This document shows positions 58,868-64,000 of a stretch of 64,000 bases of DNA, piece by piece; position 1 is the stretch's first letter; each line of letters begins with the position of its first letter. The notes under the pieces were generated by a model that worked only from the letters and a program-made list of their open reading frames with translations, made no database searches and was not told where the DNA came from. The stretch comes from Paraspadella gotoi (Eukaryota; Animalia; Chaetognatha). The translations under genes and the position numbers were made by a program. Location of the stretch: the NCBI GenBank assembly GCA_051294375.1, contig CM119264.1, positions 11,968,263-12,032,262 on the forward strand, in the 5' to 3' direction.

Positions 58868-60840
58868 AAAGGGAAGGAATTGAGGAGGCCGGTAGAGGCG
58901 GAGAAGGAGAGAGGAAATGGAGAGGAAAGGAAAGAATAGAATTCGAGATCGAGTTAAAAGAAGAAGAGAAAGAAAAGAATTGCAAAGATATCAACATAGG
59001 TTAAGAAATTAAAAAAATCACAGAGATATAATATTCAAAAAAACTATGGGGTAAAGGATGTAAAAATGACAAAGATTAAAGAAAAGGAAAGGATAGAAAA
59101 TAGTAAAAGTAAAAATCAGAGAAATATAAAAGAGGGACAAGGAGGTAAGGTGAAAGTAAACTCACGGTGATATCAAAAGGGGACGAGAGGGACAGAGATC
59201 CGTGCAAGTTATGAGAATGACGTGGAAGAACGAACTGAGCCAAATCGTTAAAGCGAAGATGATTCTCGCCGCTCGGAATCACAATGTCGCTTCTTCAGGT
59301 TTCACGATATCGAATTCGATAAAGTGAGGCTTATCGTTCCCCGTTTATCGTTCGCCGTTCGTCTCTTCGTCGTTCGTACGTTCAAGTCTTGCCCATATTA
59401 TACAATCTACAAACGTTGTTCCTTGTTACTTCCTTTCTATTTTATTTATTAAAAAAAAATAATTAACTTTTTACCCGTTTCTCTTCTTGTAACAACGCTG
59501 TGTCACCTTGGCAATCTTTCCGCTCGGATAAATCAAACGTATGAGTAAAGAAAAAACTTGAAAGAAAAACCATTTTTAAACTCGTTGGTGAAAAAAAGTA
59601 TCAAACGTTTGGTTGAAATAAATTATTCGTTTAGTTATTTTTCTTCTTCTTTTTTTTAAAACTCTGTTGACTCTGACGACGCCGACTCGAATGCTTGGGT
59701 GAGTTACGCTCGAAAATTTCCTTACTAATCACCTAATTTTCTGTTATTTTTTCTCACGTTTTTCTCCATTTTTCTTTTTTCGCTCTCCTCGTTTTTTTCT
59801 GTTGCTCGACTTTTTTGAAACTTTTAACTCTAGTTTGTTTTCGCTTTTTTTTTTCTCGAAGATTGTCTAAATACGTGTATGATTCGGTGGCTATTCTTGT
59901 TATTGTTCTTGCCATATCCTGTCGTCTAGTTGTTTTCGACCCGAAAACTATCATCCTGTCCTTCAAGAGCCACGTGCGTCTTCATTATTTCTCTCTTTTT
60001 TTTCTATAACTGCAACTGTAGTTCCAATTTTCCAATCCCGTTTTTCCTCCTAATTTTTTCTCATTCCTTTTCTCCCCTCATAATATTCTTCCTCCTCTTC
60101 GTCATCATACCTCTCACCCACATCGACGTCGTCGTCGTCGTCGTCGTCGTCCTCTACTTCGCCGAATAAATTCCGTCCGAAATTTTCGCCGGGGAGAATA
60201 AAGTCTATTCTCCGGAATATTTGTTTACATCCCAGAAGCTTCCTCCCTCCATATTTTTTTTCCCTCTTTTTCTTTTTAACCTTATATCGCGTGATTCACG
60301 GGAAAGAGAATTTTCTCTATTCGGTCAGGTTTTTCTTTCGTTTAGAGGAATCGTGGCTTTTCTAAAAATCCTAGGGTTTATCTAAAAATTAGGTTGAATC
60401 TTTAATCGTATTTATACTAAGACAAACCATTTTTTTTTTTGCTTTCTAAACTTTTCGGTCGAACGATCTCTTTGTCTGTCTGTCCGAGGATTTTAGGCTA
60501 AACAGAATTCGAAATTCGCAATAGAACCAGAGAGAGAAAAAATATTGGTTGGTTGTGCCAATTTCATAAAGAAAGAACAAGTTCGGTCCATCCAATGTGT
60601 TGCGCCACAGTAACTTTCTTTTCACGAATGTGATATATGTAATTTATGTATGTATGTATGTATGCATGTGATGACTACATGACTAAGAAATTTATGTATA
60701 ACAAACGTTTTTATATTGTATTTGTATTTATGACACTCGCTGCATCGGAATTCCGTCTTTTATTCTTTATAGTTTTAGAATTTCCTGAAGGCGGCGCTTG
60801 CTGTCACTTAGATTTGAGATTTTTTCTTATCTAGTTATAA

Positions 60841-60924
60841 GTGGGAGAGACAGACCGACAGGCCGACCGACCGAAAAGTTAATTATAGAGTTGTTACGCG
60901 AGTACTCGCCGCGCAACTAAAAAA
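60841..60924 (-). mobile_element. Terminus of a Helentron-associated/DINE-1-like non-autonomous element
   Basis: The minus strand reads TTTTTTAGTTGCG, then the palindrome GCGAGTACTCGC, then CAACTCTATAA, then (CGGT/CTGT)n. This T-run, subterminal hairpin and GTCY-like microsatellite layout is typical of HINE/DINE elements. Confidence 0.5.
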
Positions 60925-61250
60925 GGGGAAAAATGAAGTATAGAAGAGAAAGAAAAAAGGCGGCATTCGAAACTGGATTATAGAAAGCTTCAAATTCGGT
61001 TTGGTTGTAAACTAAAGTGTCACTTTCATAATCCTACTATCTACGGATTACAAAATATTTATACTTCGTCCCGGTTCTATCACAAAATCATCGCCGCAAG
61101 TCAACCAGGAAGGTTTTCCGACTCCTGATTTCTCAACGCCTACATGGTTCTACCATGGCTCGTCTCATAACCTCAGGTCCACAAGAACTGGTCATTTCCA
61201 ACAAGGCCTCCAAATGTCCCACTCTTTTAACATCAGCTTCAGCACTCTTC

Positions 61251-61344
<94 letters not shown>

Positions 61345-62409
61345 AAACAAACAAACGAGTTTTTTCCTCCGACGCTCCACGTAAGCGCCTCGTAACGTCG
61401 GCCATCTTGGGGAAAGAGAGCGTTGCCACGACAAAGTCAACCTGGGAAGTAATTACATTATGCAAATGAGGAAAATAAGGGTGCTTGGAATAACAGAGTC
61501 GAAGAGAGAGAGAGAGGGAGAGCTTCGGTTGAGAGCGAGACGGGAGTCGCCTGGAGTCGGGTTAAGAAAGGAGAGAGGAGAAATAAAGGGGAGATGAAGA
61601 GAGAGAGAGAGAGAGAGACGGAGAGGAAGCGAGGGAGAGGGATATGAATAGAGAGATGGAGAAAGAAACGAAGAGAGATAGAGAGGTTTACTCTCTTTTT
61701 CTCCCACGTGCTCCTCTCTTCCATTCCTTTTCATCGCATACCACTCGAGTTGATGGAAAAAGAGAAGATAGGAAAGTGTTAATTAAGGAGCCGGGCACGA
61801 GCTGACGAGCAACGAACAAGGTGGGGTCCAACTAGAATTTCTAAACGTTCAGACGTTAAAAATCGTATTAAAAATCTCCTAATCTCATAACATACTTATT
61901 GTTCTTACTTTCTTTGGTTTTCTATCACTTTCAACGATTTAGGATTTGCGTTCGATCATCATTAGTCAAGAAACCTGAACTTCGCCGCCCAATTCGAACG
62001 ACGAGAGAAGCCACAAAACGCCAAATTAATCGCGACTCGCTGGTTGCCCGCCCTGTGACTGCAGCTATCTTTTTTTCGTTATGCCAGGTTTCGTGCTCGG
62101 CCACCTAGATTAAATCATTTGGGCTTTTTGTTTTCGTCGCTCGATATAAATAATTTTAACTGGAAACTCTATAAATGTCTATTTACGTGTTGTTATATCT
62201 TAAATCCATTTTCCAAATTTTGGTGTAAGACTAACGTGGAGAAGTAATCGATAGGGAGCTGGCAGAACAGCGTTTAAAATTAAAAAAACAGAATCCGTCC
62301 AGTCTAAACTAAGATGTGATTTCTTTATTTTATCTCGCATCATGACTTTGATTTAAAATATCGGCGTCTTCCATCATCCCGAGTCCTCGGAATCGCATTT
62401 GTTTAGTCA

Positions 62410-62595
62410 ATGCTTGATTGAACTATGCTTCAGCGAATGTCTATGTCAGTATCTTGTAAGAATGGGAGGCCTTAGGATAAGAATTGCCCCTTAAAAACCA
62501 ACAAGCCCCCCCTGGTTCTCCCCAAAGGTCTCTGGTGAACAAGATAGCTTAATTATAATGTAATGGAAAATTTTTATAGATTGGTTGTTCCATCA
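62410..62595. repeat. Diverged third copy of the 34.4-35.0 kb repeat family
   Basis: Shares cttgattgaa, ctatgtca-tatcttgtaaga, ggaggcctta, caagatagctta and aatttttata-ttggttgt in the same order. Confidence 0.65.
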
Positions 62596-62793
62596 TTTCT
62601 ATAACTGTTTATTTTGTCTACAATTTTCAGTGCTCAAACTTTTTTTATATTTTATGGCATGTAATCGAAGTTCGCAAAAAGAAATATAACTTTCTCCCTA
62701 TAATCAGTAACACAACGACTATTGTATTTCTGTTGCGTCTATGATGCCAAGTATTAATCACACGAATCAACACAACAAATAAACTTGGCCCCA

Positions 62794-63315
62794 ATGAAGC
62801 TCCGAAGCCGTTTCGTCATTCGTCTCGGTCTCATCTTTACGATTTTGTCGCTCATCTGCAGCATCGTCTCCCTCAGTACGGATCACTGGGTGGACGTTCA
62901 CAGGACCACCGGTGAGACAGACGTTGCTGACTGTTTTAAACCCAACTGAATAAGGAGAGAATCATCTCTCTCTCTCTCTCTCTCTCTCTNNNNNNNNNNN
63001 NNNNNNNNNNNNNNNNNNNNNNNNNNNNNNNNCCCTCAGCCGCTCCGCCAATCAACGAGACCATTCGTCACGAGCATCACCCTCACCACTACGGCCTCTT
63101 GCGAGAATGCGTGGACGATAATTCCTCGTGAGTTTCTCCAAAATATCAACAAAAACCAAACGAACGCAAACGATGTTGTTATTTCTAGGTTCCCGGGCGC
63201 GCACCCTCTCGATCTGGTCAACCAGCACGAGTGGTTCGACTCCGTCCTCGGCACCCGTTGCTTCTACATCGACTTTCAAATTCCGTCCGATGACGACGTC
63301 GAATTTGGGAAAGAG
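62794..63315 (+). CDS. Claudin/PMP22-superfamily tetraspan membrane protein, 5' portion (exons 62794-62911, 63040-63127, 63189-63315); remaining exons not identified
   Basis: Not in the ORF track. Hand-spliced: MKLRSRFVIRLGLIFTILSLICSIVSLSTDHWVDVHRTT-A-APPINETIRHEHHPHHYGLLRECVDDNS-S-FPGAHPLDLVNQHEWFDSVLGTRCFYIDFQIPSDDDVEFGKE. TM1 is followed by STDHW, a GL(W/L)xxC motif and a second Cys, the W-GLW-C-C extracellular loop signature. Splice phases are consistent with donors gtgaga/gtgagt/gtgcgt and acceptors ctcag/ttctag. Confidence 0.8.
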
Positions 63316-64000
63316 GTGCGTCGTCTCGCAGCAAAAGCGGCCCAGTCTCCCTTTAAGCGTTCGTCGTCGTCGTCGTCGTTGTCGTTATTGTTGTGAGGGG
63401 AATTTTTCACTGGACTGCCTGATGAAAATTTTCTTTTCAAGTTACTTTAAGTTAGTACAACTTAGACTCGAGTTTCCTTTCGAAACTCGGATTGACTTTT
63501 TGAGCAGATTTGTTTATTTCCGTCGTCTCAGGAATGGCGCCGATTCCATTTGATGCGCGCGACTTTCGGGTTGATGGCGATTTCCATCTTTTTCCTTTTC
63601 CTTTCCGTTATACTTGGTTTTTATGTGGTCGATGATTTCAGGTGAAATATATATTTTTTTAAATATGAGAGAGAGCAGAGAGGCTGACAGTTTTCCCGCC
63701 AACGAAACGCATTATTTAGCGTCTCTCTCGTTTATATAAAGAATAATCAGGAATTTTTAGGGACAATAATCCACGAAAAATCTCGGATGTAAATTTGGGA
63801 TTTTGTCATTGAGAAAAAAGCGCGGAATTAAATGGCGCTGATCAATAAAGGTTTTTAGAAGGAAAAGAAGAGAAGAGAGAGAGACAGCGAGAGAGAGAGA
63901 GAGAGAGAAGAGAGAAGACTGGAACAGCCGCTGGAACCGCCGCTGCGACGCCGCTGCAGAGCCTTGAACTCATTTCCGACGAATATGAGTAAGGACGAAC

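Noticed and set aside
58508-58997. Poly-Asp / poly-His ORFs
   Set aside because: Translation of the (GAC)n/(GAT)n microsatellite, with no coding context.

Overview
AT-rich, microsatellite-laden eukaryotic (metazoan, invertebrate-type) draft genomic scaffold with several N gaps. Three protein-coding genes are supported. (1) The standout is an intronless 1302-aa lamin-like gene (47702-51610, -) built from three complete, diverged intermediate-filament rod domains in tandem. It has one lamin head with a CDK1-type site, and a tail with an NLS and CaaX box but no room for an Ig-fold/LTD. (2) A 5-exon, membrane-anchored alpha/beta hydrolase resembling ABHD12/ABHD13 (43270-44614, -). (3) The first three exons of a claudin/PMP22-superfamily gene (62794-63315, +, running out of the recognisable region). 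The rest is non-coding: a ~2 kb foldback inverted repeat, tRNA-derived SINE-like heads, a Helentron/HINE-like terminus, a small dispersed repeat family and abundant (GA)n/(GAC)n tracts. Kilobase tandem duplications near 25-N gaps look like long-read gap-filling artefacts. Nearly all other short ORFs in the track are spurious microsatellite or antisense translations. All alignments and splice models were made by eye.
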